A stretch of 64,000 nucleotides of DNA from Nanobdellota archaeon (GCA_030611805.1 JAUWPB010000002.1:7690-71689), one strand, 5' to 3'; positions 38,682-46,240 are shown, numbered from the stretch's first letter. Made by a program: numbers and translations. Notes: a model not told the origin generated them from the sequence alone.

Positions 38682-38738
38682 TTCACTCAAAAACCTTCAA
38701 CTTCTTAAACTTTATAAAATCATATATCAGAGAAAATT
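38682..38738. repeat. 57-bp direct repeat, copy B (contains the last 17 sense codons and the stop codon of 38683-39138)
   Basis: Identical to 37370-37426. On the minus strand it also contains TTTTATAAAG about 29 nt upstream of the APS-kinase ATG. Confidence 0.95.
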
Positions 38739-39138
38739 TATCTATTCTGTCCCAATCAATTGTTTGGTCAACTGAATCCAAAAGCAAATGAAATGCAACT
38801 CCTATGAAAATAAAGAAAAAATATTTTGAAAAAAAACTAAATAAAAATAAAATTATCAAAACCTCTATTCCATGTAAAAAATAAAAACCACGATAAAATC
38901 CATTTCTTTGTTTTCTGGGCAAAGAGAGAAATATTTTTTTATTTTTGGTAAACCAGTTATAAGCATTTTTTAAGCTTAAATCTTTTTTCTTATAAACAGA
39001 ATATAAATAATGGTCAACATCAATTAAAAAACTTGATAAAAAAACTATGAAAAATCCAATTAAACCTATTTGTGGAAATAAGAAAAACAAAGAGGCTGAA
39101 AAAATAATTCCAAAAATTATGTGTTGTTTTGGGTACAT
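38683..39138 (-). CDS. small membrane protein, DUF457/YdjM-like putative metal-dependent hydrolase
   Basis: Four hydrophobic helices with 'IDVDHYL' and 'LHG..' His/Asp positions. Confidence 0.45.
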   Translation of the reverse strand: MYPKQHIIFGIIFSASLFFLFPQIGLIGFFIVFLSSFLIDVDHYLYSVYKKKDLSLKNAYNWFTKNKKIFLSLPRKQRNGFYRGFYFLHGIEVLIILFLFSFFSKYFFFIFIGVAFHLLLDSVDQTIDWDRIDKFSLIYDFIKFKKLKVFE

Positions 39139-39199
39139 TCTAAGGACAAAGAATTTTTATTTTTAAAGCTTATGTAGTTTATTTCTTTTTTTCAAAATT

Positions 39200-40723
39200 T
39201 CATTCCTCAATTCTTTTTATCATATCTGTGAAAGCAGGTCTTGTAATTAAAACCCCTGCAGTAATTCCTATGATTGTTGTGATTGCAAATCCTTTTAACA
39301 AACCTGCGCCTGCCCACATTAAAGGAAGCAATGCAACAACTGCTGTGAAATATGCCCCCAAAATAATTGTAAATGCTCTTTTCATTCTTTGTTTGATACT
39401 TAAGAAAGTGCTTTGCCTTGCCTCGTCTAAAATAATAATCTGCTGGTCTATTCCTGTGCCTATTGTCGCTAAAATCCCTGCAATACTCGGCAGGTCAATA
39501 TTCCATTCTATAAAAGATGCAATTCCCAAAATTATGATTACTTCAGAAACACTTGTAATTAACAAAGCAATTGAAGATTTGAATTTTTTATATCTAAAGA
39601 AAATAATTATTGAAACTGCGAGAAGTGCGACCAAACCTGCCAGTAAAATTGACTTGATAAATTCTTTCCCAAGTATCGGAGAGATTGTATCTAATTTAAC
39701 TATCTCTAATTTATATGGAAGACTTCCGGTAATTAAAATTGTCTGAAGTTTATTCATTGACTCTTCTGCAAAATCATATGCTTCTTCCTGGGTTTTTCCG
39801 TTTTCAGAACCTGAGATTGCTATTTGTGTTGTTACTCTTCCTTTAAGCCCTTCTCCAATTAAAAGACTATCAACAAGAATGTCATCTACATACAGATTTA
39901 ATTTTTCAGAAAGATAATCCCCCTGAGAAGTTGAATTTACATCAAGTTTATCTGTTATTTCTGCGTGTTGTTTTGCAGCATCCTCGCTTAAATAAATTGT
40001 AAATCTAAACTTGCAAAAATATCCTGTTTCAGATTTCTGACAAGTTTCTATTCCTGCACAAGTTGCATCATTCCTGCAAACAGAAGCAATATCTTTTTCC
40101 CCCCCAACAAACACGGTCTCATTTCCTATCCTTGCTTCAAACTTTCCTTGTTCAGAAATTAATTCTTTCAAATCTTTTGGTGTTGCCCCTGCAATTTCAA
40201 TTAACATAAAATGGTTTCCGGTCATATCTAAAACAGGGCGAATTTTCATATCTGCAATTCCATAAACATTTAATCTATTGGTTATCACATCAACTAAATC
40301 ATTTATTTCTGAAGACGTCAGTTTTTTCCCCTGTGCCTGGACCAACGCTCTTGAGCCACCTGCTAAATCCAAACCCATTTTAATATTTGTCTTTGGTATT
40401 TCTGATACAGTTATATTTGGGGCGTAGTTTGAGAATAAAATTATTTCAAAATCTTTTGTCTTGAAAATAGTTTTTACATCTTCATTAGAATTAAATTTTC
40501 CTTTCATAACATTTGAAAAATCCTCTATAGTTGTTATTTTTTGTGAATCAATTTCTGTAATTATCTGACCCTGCCTTAGTCCTTGCTCAAATGCTGTTGA
40601 ATTTGATTCAACACTTGTAACTAAAACTCCTTTTTGAAAAAAGGTGGGAGGCAATCCAAAAATAGACAGCAAAGACAAGGACACTATAATTATCAAAAGC
40701 CATATTTTCCAGCTTAATTTCAT
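39200..40723 (-). CDS. secD: protein-export membrane protein SecD
   Basis: N-terminal TM helix, large periplasmic-type domain, and a C-terminal 6-TM block 'GLDLAGGS..', 'ILGIASF..PSIAGILATIGTGIDQQI'. The ATG at 40723 makes an ATGA overlap with the secF stop. Confidence 0.8.
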   Translation of the reverse strand: MKLSWKIWLLIIIVSLSLLSIFGLPPTFFQKGVLVTSVESNSTAFEQGLRQGQIITEIDSQKITTIEDFSNVMKGKFNSNEDVKTIFKTKDFEIILFSNYAPNITVSEIPKTNIKMGLDLAGGSRALVQAQGKKLTSSEINDLVDVITNRLNVYGIADMKIRPVLDMTGNHFMLIEIAGATPKDLKELISEQGKFEARIGNETVFVGGEKDIASVCRNDATCAGIETCQKSETGYFCKFRFTIYLSEDAAKQHAEITDKLDVNSTSQGDYLSEKLNLYVDDILVDSLLIGEGLKGRVTTQIAISGSENGKTQEEAYDFAEESMNKLQTILITGSLPYKLEIVKLDTISPILGKEFIKSILLAGLVALLAVSIIIFFRYKKFKSSIALLITSVSEVIIILGIASFIEWNIDLPSIAGILATIGTGIDQQIIILDEARQSTFLSIKQRMKRAFTIILGAYFTAVVALLPLMWAGAGLLKGFAITTIIGITAGVLITRPAFTDMIKRIEE

Positions 40724-41595
40724 CCTCTCTTCTCCACATACCATTTAAGTATTGAAACATTAGTTATCCATGTATTGAGAAGGTCAAACCCCAACCCAAT
40801 AATTAGTATTGTAAAAATTTGGCTTAGAACTACTGAAAAAGATTTCACGACGATTAAAGCAAACGCCACAGCCAATATAGAAGTTAAAGTCATTGTCATC
40901 CCTGTTTTAAATGCTCCTAAAATTCTTTGGTTTAACGAACCTTCTTTTCTCTTTAAGATTCTTGTTGTGAGCAAGATATCTGTGTCTACTGAATAACCAA
41001 TTAACATTAAAAACGCAATAATGCCTGCACTTGACATTTTCATCCCCAAGAGATTCACAAAAACAAGAGTCATCAAAATATCTGCGAAAACAGCAAGGAT
41101 AACTGCAAGAGAAGGGATAAATGTCCGAAAAATAATAAAGACAACTATTGCCATAAAAATAAAAGCAAACAAAATTGCGATTAAAAGCTGCCTGTAAAAA
41201 CTCTCGCTTAAAGCAGAACCAGTAAATTCAAAACTGCTATTTTCTGTATTTAATTCATAGCCAAGATAATCTTCTAAAATTTGTTTTATCTCTTCTCCTG
41301 AAGATTTTGTTTCAATAATTACTGCTTTTTGCTCTCTTGTGATTAAATCATATATTTTTCTTGTATTAACCTCTTCTAATTTTTCCGAAAGTGCCTGCTC
41401 TAAATCTGTTATATCAATCTCTCCATAAATTGTTACAGAAGTTCCTCCTGTCAAAGAAATGTCTTTGTAAATAAAATCCTGGTTATTAGAATAAAATATT
41501 CCCATGTAAACTAAAGAAAAAAGCACGAGTGAAATTGGAATTAGCAAGAGTAATTTGTAATACTTGTCGTGCCAGTTTTTTTGTTGTGTTTCCAT
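40720..41595 (-). CDS. secF: protein-export membrane protein SecF
   Basis: 'SAGIIAFLMLIGYSVDTDILLTTRILKR' and the 6-TM layout typical of SecF. Confidence 0.8.
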   Translation of the reverse strand: METQQKNWHDKYYKLLLLIPISLVLFSLVYMGIFYSNNQDFIYKDISLTGGTSVTIYGEIDITDLEQALSEKLEEVNTRKIYDLITREQKAVIIETKSSGEEIKQILEDYLGYELNTENSSFEFTGSALSESFYRQLLIAILFAFIFMAIVVFIIFRTFIPSLAVILAVFADILMTLVFVNLLGMKMSSAGIIAFLMLIGYSVDTDILLTTRILKRKEGSLNQRILGAFKTGMTMTLTSILAVAFALIVVKSFSVVLSQIFTILIIGLGFDLLNTWITNVSILKWYVEKRG

Positions 41596-41604
41596 TTTAA
41601 ATCA

Positions 41605-41692
41605 TGCGCGGACTGGGATTCGAACCCAGATCATTTGGTTTCTTCAAAAATTAATTTGGAAGCCAAAGATTCTGCCATTGAACTATCCACGC
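41605..41692 (-). tRNA. tRNA-Gly (anticodon UCC) with 17-nt canonical intron after position 37
   Basis: Hand-folded cloverleaf: acceptor GCGTGGA/TCCGCGC, T-arm CTGGG-TTCGAAT-CCCAG, anticodon stem TTTGG/CCAAA. Intron AATTAATTTTTGAAGAA; its GAAG pairs with CTTC of the anticodon loop (BHB-like). No encoded CCA. Confidence 0.85.
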
Positions 41693-41743
41693 TTATTATA
41701 ACATCTTAATATTGTTTAATAAAGTTTACTATGTTTTTGCAAA

Positions 41744-41816
41744 CGCCCGAGGTAGGATTTGAACCTACGACCTCGTCCTTAGGAGGGACGCATTCTATCC
41801 GCTGAACTACTCGGGC
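41744..41816 (-). tRNA. tRNA-Arg (anticodon CCU)
   Basis: Cloverleaf GCCCGAG-TA-GTTC..GAAT-G-CGTCC-CTCCTAA-GGACG-AGGTC-GTAGG-TTCAAAT-CCTAC-CTCGGGC-G. Confidence 0.9.
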
Positions 41817-41856
41817 TTACTGATATATTTTTAAAGAGCATTTTGATTTAAAAAAC

Positions 41857-42129
41857 ATGTTGGTTAAAATACTTGGAATAATTGACCTGATTGCGGGGTT
41901 GATTTTGATATTTGGGGCAAGTATAAACCTTCCGAACCAAATCTTTATGGTTTTTGGTGTGGTTTTATTAGTTAAATCTTCTTTAGGATTATTAAAAGAT
42001 TTTGCAAGCTGGATTGATTTTTTATGTGGGATAATTTTTCTTATATCAGCAACAATCTCAGTTCCAGAAATAATTAGTTTAATCTTTGGATTATTGATTA
42101 TTCAGAAAGGGCTTTTTAGTTTTTTGTGA
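41857..42129 (+). CDS. small membrane protein (3 hydrophobic helices)
   Basis: ORF with a strongly hydrophobic, helix-length periodic sequence. No recognised family. Confidence 0.4.
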   Translation: MLVKILGIIDLIAGLILIFGASINLPNQIFMVFGVVLLVKSSLGLLKDFASWIDFLCGIIFLISATISVPEIISLIFGLLIIQKGLFSFL

Positions 42130-42130
42130 A

Positions 42131-42206
42131 TGCGGAAGAAAGGATTCGAGGCCTCGAAGAGGTCATCCCCTTGTGGGAAACCCGTAGGGTGAGAATCAAA
42201 TTTATA
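42131..42206 (-). repeat. tRNA-Leu 3' trailer element A (GC-rich core + copy of tRNA 3' end)
   Basis: Minus strand reads TATAAATT-TGATTCTCACCCTACGGGTTTCCCACAAGGGGATGACCTCTTCGAGGCC-TCGAATCCTTTCTTCCGCA. The last 19 nt repeat the 3' end of the adjacent tRNA. The core is nearly identical to 53218-53267. Confidence 0.85.
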
Positions 42207-42290
42207 TGCGGAAGAAAGGATTCGAACCCTCGCAGGCACTAAGCCACTGGAGCCTTAATCCAGCCCGTTTGACCACTCCGGCACTTCCGC
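42207..42290 (-). tRNA. tRNA-Leu, type II; anticodon reads AAG
   Basis: GCGGAAG-TG-CCG..CGG-G-CTGGA-TTAAGGC-TCCAG-long variable arm-GAGGG-TTCGAAT-CCTTT-CTTCCGC-A. It is in perfect register with the tRNA-Leu(CAA) at 53125, and G37 fits the CUN-Leu family. Confidence 0.8.
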
Positions 42291-42315
42291 ATAGAATTAG
42301 AGGATATTTTGAATA

Positions 42316-42331
42316 TAAAAAGTTTTATAAA
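42316..42331 (+). promoter_or_regulatory. promoter (TATA box) of 5S rRNA: TAAAAAGTTTTATAAA
   Basis: The TATA centre lies about 25 nt upstream of the 5S 5' end. The 16-mer is identical to the one at 53296-53311. Confidence 0.6.
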
Positions 42332-42352
42332 TACAGATAATCATGAAATTTT

Positions 42353-42467
42353 GAAGACAGCCATAATAGGTTGGAAACACCTGGTCTCATTCCGAACCCA
42401 GAAGTTAAGCTTCCTATGTTGATGGCAGTAGTTTCCTACAAGAAGCCAAACCATTAAGCTGTCTTTC
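42353..42467 (+). rRNA. 5S rRNA (ends approximate)
   Basis: Contains 'CACCTGGTCTCATTCCGAACCCAGAAGTTAAGC', matching the conserved archaeal 5S core. Terminal helix AAGACAGC/GCTGTCTT. No 16S or 23S nearby. Confidence 0.85.
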
Positions 42468-42502
42468 ACTATTTTTATAAAAGATGTTTGAGTGATTGTT
42501 TA

Positions 42503-42766
42503 ATGAAATCCAACTTATCTAAAAAAGAAATTCAAATAAAAATTCTTGAATTTTTTAAAGATATTAAAAATCAAACCCCAAAAGAAGTTAAAAAAATAAA
42601 AAAACTTGCAATGAGCAAGAATATCTCTCTTGGGGGATTAAGAAAAAAATTTTGCAAAAAATGTTTAACTCCCTATAAGAGCCCTAAAATAAGGATTAAA
42701 AATAAAATAAAATCTGTAGTTTGCGAAGAATGTGATTATGTTGCTAGATGGAAGTTAAAACTCTAG
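42503..42766 (+). CDS. rnp4: RNase P protein component 4 (Rpr2/Rpp21-like zinc ribbon)
   Basis: 'KKLAMSKNISL..LRKKFCKKCLTPY..IRIKNK..VVCEECDY' matches the Rpr2 layout. ATG at 42503. Confidence 0.6.
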   Translation: MKSNLSKKEIQIKILEFFKDIKNQTPKEVKKIKKLAMSKNISLGGLRKKFCKKCLTPYKSPKIRIKNKIKSVVCEECDYVARWKLKL

Positions 42767-42796
42767 TATTAATTTTTTAAAAGTAAAAAGACAGGA

Positions 42797-42994
42797 TTAA
42801 CTCTTCTTAAACTTGCCAACTAACTCAATCAAATCAGTTTGCCCTAAAAAAGCAGACCTGCAACAGTATCTTTCTAATCCAAGCTCGTCTAAAACTTTTT
42901 TAGAATTTTCTCCTTCTTTCACAAGTTTCTTAAATTCTTCCCATAAATGAGCTATTGGTTTTCCACAACTAAAGCATCTGACTGGTATTATCAT
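42797..42994 (-). CDS. rpoN: DNA-directed RNA polymerase subunit N (Rpb10)
   Basis: 'MIIPVRCFSCGKPI..W..F' and 'YCCR' motifs; 65 aa. Confidence 0.9.
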   Translation of the reverse strand: MIIPVRCFSCGKPIAHLWEEFKKLVKEGENSKKVLDELGLERYCCRSAFLGQTDLIELVGKFKKS

Positions 42995-43107
42995 ATTATT
43001 AATTCTTGAAATCAGTTTAAAAAACTTGTGATAGGTAAATTTAAATAATAAAGACCTCTAACAATATAGAGGTGTGGTGCCTCAGAGCCTAATTCTGGGA
43101 AATTAAG

Positions 43108-43578
43108 ATGGAAAATATTGATAGTAATTTAATAAAAAAAGTTTTAGAGTTATATAAACCGAAATATAGGTGGCTTAAAACTGCTAGTGAACAATATCCT
43201 ATTTTTAATGCCATTTTTAAAGTTCAGCAAGGAACTTATAGTATACTCCCTTTTGAGCATTTAACAAATACAGAAACAGAATTATGTCTTAATCAATTAG
43301 CTTATGTTTCTATTGCACATATGGTTCAAAGTTCGCATGAAAAATTTAAAGAATATCCTTTGAAAAAATTTTATGAATTACAAAAAGAGGGAGCATGGGT
43401 TTTTGAATCTAATAAAAGATTTAATAAAATTATTGATAATGGTAAAAAATTTCACGGAAAGTTAATATTTAAGAATATTAAAAGAATGAAAAATTTATTA
43501 ATCATTAAAACAGATTTTGAATTTGAAAATAAAAGTTATTTTGGAACCTTCGGATTAGCAAGTAAAATCAACTATTAA
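43108..43578 (+). CDS. hypothetical protein (possibly hotdog/FcoT-like fold)
   Basis: The ORF has a plausible start. 'LPFEHLTNTETELCLNQLAYVS' is weakly reminiscent of FcoT-type thioesterases. Confidence 0.3.
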   Translation: MENIDSNLIKKVLELYKPKYRWLKTASEQYPIFNAIFKVQQGTYSILPFEHLTNTETELCLNQLAYVSIAHMVQSSHEKFKEYPLKKFYELQKEGAWVFESNKRFNKIIDNGKKFHGKLIFKNIKRMKNLLIIKTDFEFENKSYFGTFGLASKINY

Positions 43579-43587
43579 GAATAGAAT

Positions 43588-45792
43588 ATGAAACAAAAAA
43601 CAATAATCAAATTGGATAATGTAAAAAAACATTACTTGATGGGAGATAGCATAGTCCGGGCTTTAGATGGAGTTGATGTACAAATAAATAACGGGGATTT
43701 TGTGGTGATTATTGGTCCCAGTGGTTCTGGGAAATGTGTTTCTGGCGATACAGAATTAATATCAACCAAAGGCATACCAATTCAAATTAAAAATCTTAAA
43801 AAAGATAAAACAAAAATTTTTGCTATGTCTAAAAAAAGTGGGAAGATAATTCCTTTTTTATTCTCAAATTTTTATAAAAGAAAAGTTAAGAGTTTCTTGG
43901 AAATAAAAACGAGCAGTGGAAAATCAATTGAAGTAACTGAAGAACACCCTTTTTTCACATTAGATGAAAAAGGTTTTTCTGAGATTAAAGCCATGTCCCT
44001 CAAAAATAAAATGTTTATAGCCACTCTAAGGAAATTGAATTTTAAAGGATTGCCTCAAGATTTAAATTCATTAAAAAAATTAGGGAAAGATAAATCCTTG
44101 GTTGTATATGATTCCTTACAATTAATTAAAGAATTAAAAAAAGGAATTTCAAGAGGGAAAATTTGTAAAGAATTTGGTTTTAATCAAGTAACTTATGATT
44201 CTTGGTCAAATAAAAATAATATTAAATTACATAATTTTATTAAAATCATCAATGAATGCGGGAGAGATTTAAATGAGTATGAAGGAAAACTAAAACTAAC
44301 AGCACTTTCTTCTCGGATTTCTGTTAAAATTCCTCAGCATACAAGTCCCGAATTAATGGAGCTTTACGGATATTTAACCGGAGATGGCAATCTTGACGGA
44401 CATGGTTTAAAAATAACAAATATCGATAAAGAAATAATAAATGAAGTTAAATCTTTAGTAAGGAAAATTTTTGAGATCGATTGCAAAAAATTTATTGAAA
44501 AAAGAATTGATTGCAACACCAGGGTATTAAGAAGTTTTTTTAATTTAATATTTGAAGTACCGTTGATTAAAAAATCGCGCAATATCGATCTCCCAGATTT
44601 TGTATTTAAGTGCTCTAATAAAGAAATAGCAGGGTTTCTTAAAGGATTATTTGACTGCGATTCTTATATTTCAAAAGATAAAAAAGAGATTATAATAACT
44701 CTTGCTAGTAAAAACTTGATTAAACAACTAAATTATCTTTTATTAAGATTTGGTATTATTTCAAGATATTCGGAAAAAATAAAATGGGCAAGTAATACTA
44801 AACAAAAGATAAAAAGAAAGTATTATAGTTTATCTATCTCTGGTTTTGATAATCTGAAAATTTATGATGAAAAAATAGGTTTTAATTCTAAGAAAAAAAA
44901 TAAAAGATTAAAGAAACATTTGTCGGAAAATAAAAACACAAATGTTGATGTTGTCCCATGCGGAAAATTATTAAGAAATATAAGAAGGGGTTCAGGCATT
45001 TCACTGCCAAAAAAAATTCATAAAATATTATGGCCTTATGAAAAAGAAAAAATAAACCCTTCTTATGAAAAATTAAAAAAAATCATAAGGATATTAAAAA
45101 ACAATAAAATTAATGTTAAGGTGCTTGAAGAGATTATGAAAAAAAAGATATTTTGGGATAGGATAATTTCTATTAAAAAAATAAATAGAGAAATCCAGGT
45201 TTATGATATAACAGTTCCTGGAGCAGACAATTTTATTGCAAATGGATTTATAATTCATAATTCAACAATGATGAATATGGTTGGAGCATTGGATTTGCCG
45301 ACAGAAGGAGAGATTTATCTTGATGAACAAAATATTGCAAGTCTTGAGGAATCAGAGTTGGCGCAGATTAGAGGGAACAAAATAGGATTTGTGTTTCAGA
45401 CTTTTAATTTAATTCCTACTTTAACAACTTTAGAAAATATTGCACTTCCAATGATTTTTCAGGGCGTGAGTAAAGAAGAGAGAATTAAGAGAGCGGAAAA
45501 GATTTTAGAAGATGTTAAATTAACCCATAGAAAAAATCATCTGTCAAATGAGCTTTCTGGAGGGGAAAGACAGAGGGTTGCAATTGGAAGAGCATTAGCA
45601 AATAATCCGGATGTCATCTTAGCTGACGAGCCAACAGGAAATTTGGACACAAAAACAGGTTTGGAAATTATGAGATTATTTGTTGAATTAAATAAAAAAG
45701 GAAGAACAATAATTCTTGTTACTCACGATTTAAGTCTTGTAAAATATGCAAACAAGGTTTTAAAATTACAAGACGGAAAGATTGTGAAGTAA
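43588..45792 (+). CDS. ABC transporter ATP-binding protein (MacB/LolD-like) interrupted by an intein
   Basis: The exteins join to 'GPSGSGK|STMMNMVGALD', a complete Walker A. Downstream lie the Q-loop, 'LSGGERQRVAIGRAL' signature and 'ILADEPTGNLD' Walker B. Confidence 0.85.
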   Translation: MKQKTIIKLDNVKKHYLMGDSIVRALDGVDVQINNGDFVVIIGPSGSGKCVSGDTELISTKGIPIQIKNLKKDKTKIFAMSKKSGKIIPFLFSNFYKRKVKSFLEIKTSSGKSIEVTEEHPFFTLDEKGFSEIKAMSLKNKMFIATLRKLNFKGLPQDLNSLKKLGKDKSLVVYDSLQLIKELKKGISRGKICKEFGFNQVTYDSWSNKNNIKLHNFIKIINECGRDLNEYEGKLKLTALSSRISVKIPQHTSPELMELYGYLTGDGNLDGHGLKITNIDKEIINEVKSLVRKIFEIDCKKFIEKRIDCNTRVLRSFFNLIFEVPLIKKSRNIDLPDFVFKCSNKEIAGFLKGLFDCDSYISKDKKEIIITLASKNLIKQLNYLLLRFGIISRYSEKIKWASNTKQKIKRKYYSLSISGFDNLKIYDEKIGFNSKKKNKRLKKHLSENKNTNVDVVPCGKLLRNIRRGSGISLPKKIHKILWPYEKEKINPSYEKLKKIIRILKNNKINVKVLEEIMKKKIFWDRIISIKKINREIQVYDITVPGADNFIANGFIIHNSTMMNMVGALDLPTEGEIYLDEQNIASLEESELAQIRGNKIGFVFQTFNLIPTLTTLENIALPMIFQGVSKEERIKRAEKILEDVKLTHRKNHLSNELSGGERQRVAIGRALANNPDVILADEPTGNLDTKTGLEIMRLFVELNKKGRTIILVTHDLSLVKYANKVLKLQDGKIVK
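43735..45261 (+). mobile_element. 509-aa intein with LAGLIDADG homing-endonuclease domain
   Basis: Begins 'CVSGDTELI' and ends 'FIIHN', followed by +1 Ser. LAGLIDADG blocks 'LYGYLTGDGNL' and 'FLKGLFDCDSYI'. Inserted between the Lys and Ser of GxxGxGKS. Confidence 0.85.
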
Positions 45793-45862
45793 GTGTATTA
45801 ATTATTTAGAAGTAACAAGCTAAAGATTTATAAATAATGGGGGTTAAGGAATAAGACAGAAA

Positions 45863-46228
45863 ATGAAAAATCAATCTAAACAACCAGGAATGAGAAAAAA
45901 GCAAATACTTAAAGGTCTTGCTTTAATTACTACAACTGTTGCTATAAATTTTTTTACTCATTTTGAAGGAGTTGTGCGAGCAAATGTTAAAACCGCAGAA
46001 TTTCCATTATTTCGAAGAACCGCAGAGGTTCAAATACTTATGAATTATCAAGGGCAGTGTCTTGATGAATGTTTAAGTTATTGGTTGGTTGTCCCAGGAA
46101 GTGCTATATGGAGACAACATAAATTTCCAGAAGTAGGTGACCCTTCTAAATATTACCAATTAAATAAACCCTATCAAGAAAAAAGGCACCCAAAAAGATA
46201 TAATCCTTCAAAAATTTTTAAAATTTAA
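45863..46228 (+). CDS. hypothetical protein with N-terminal hydrophobic segment
   Basis: ORF only; no motif recognised. Confidence 0.3.
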   Translation: MKNQSKQPGMRKKQILKGLALITTTVAINFFTHFEGVVRANVKTAEFPLFRRTAEVQILMNYQGQCLDECLSYWLVVPGSAIWRQHKFPEVGDPSKYYQLNKPYQEKRHPKRYNPSKIFKI

Positions 46229-46240
46229 TAAATACAAAAA

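Noticed and set aside
1-38738. Possibility that the GT9/HldD-containing glycan block is bacterial contamination or a chimeric join.
   Set aside because: Composition, promoter style and gene packing look uniform by eye across the junction with secDF, the tRNAs and the archaeal information genes, all on one contiguous sequence. Horizontal acquisition from bacteria remains possible and needs phylogeny. A chimera cannot be formally excluded without reads.
39228-39746. Long antisense ORFs in the supplied track. Examples: 39228-39746 (+) inside secD, 48262-48912 (-) inside the FtsX permease, 11657-11944, 36299-36565, 22201-22536, and many 60-110-aa ORFs.
   Set aside because: Each lies wholly inside a longer opposite-strand ORF that has clear family motifs. 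Their translations are low-complexity (Ile/Phe/Lys/Ser-rich), as expected from AT-rich antisense reading frames.
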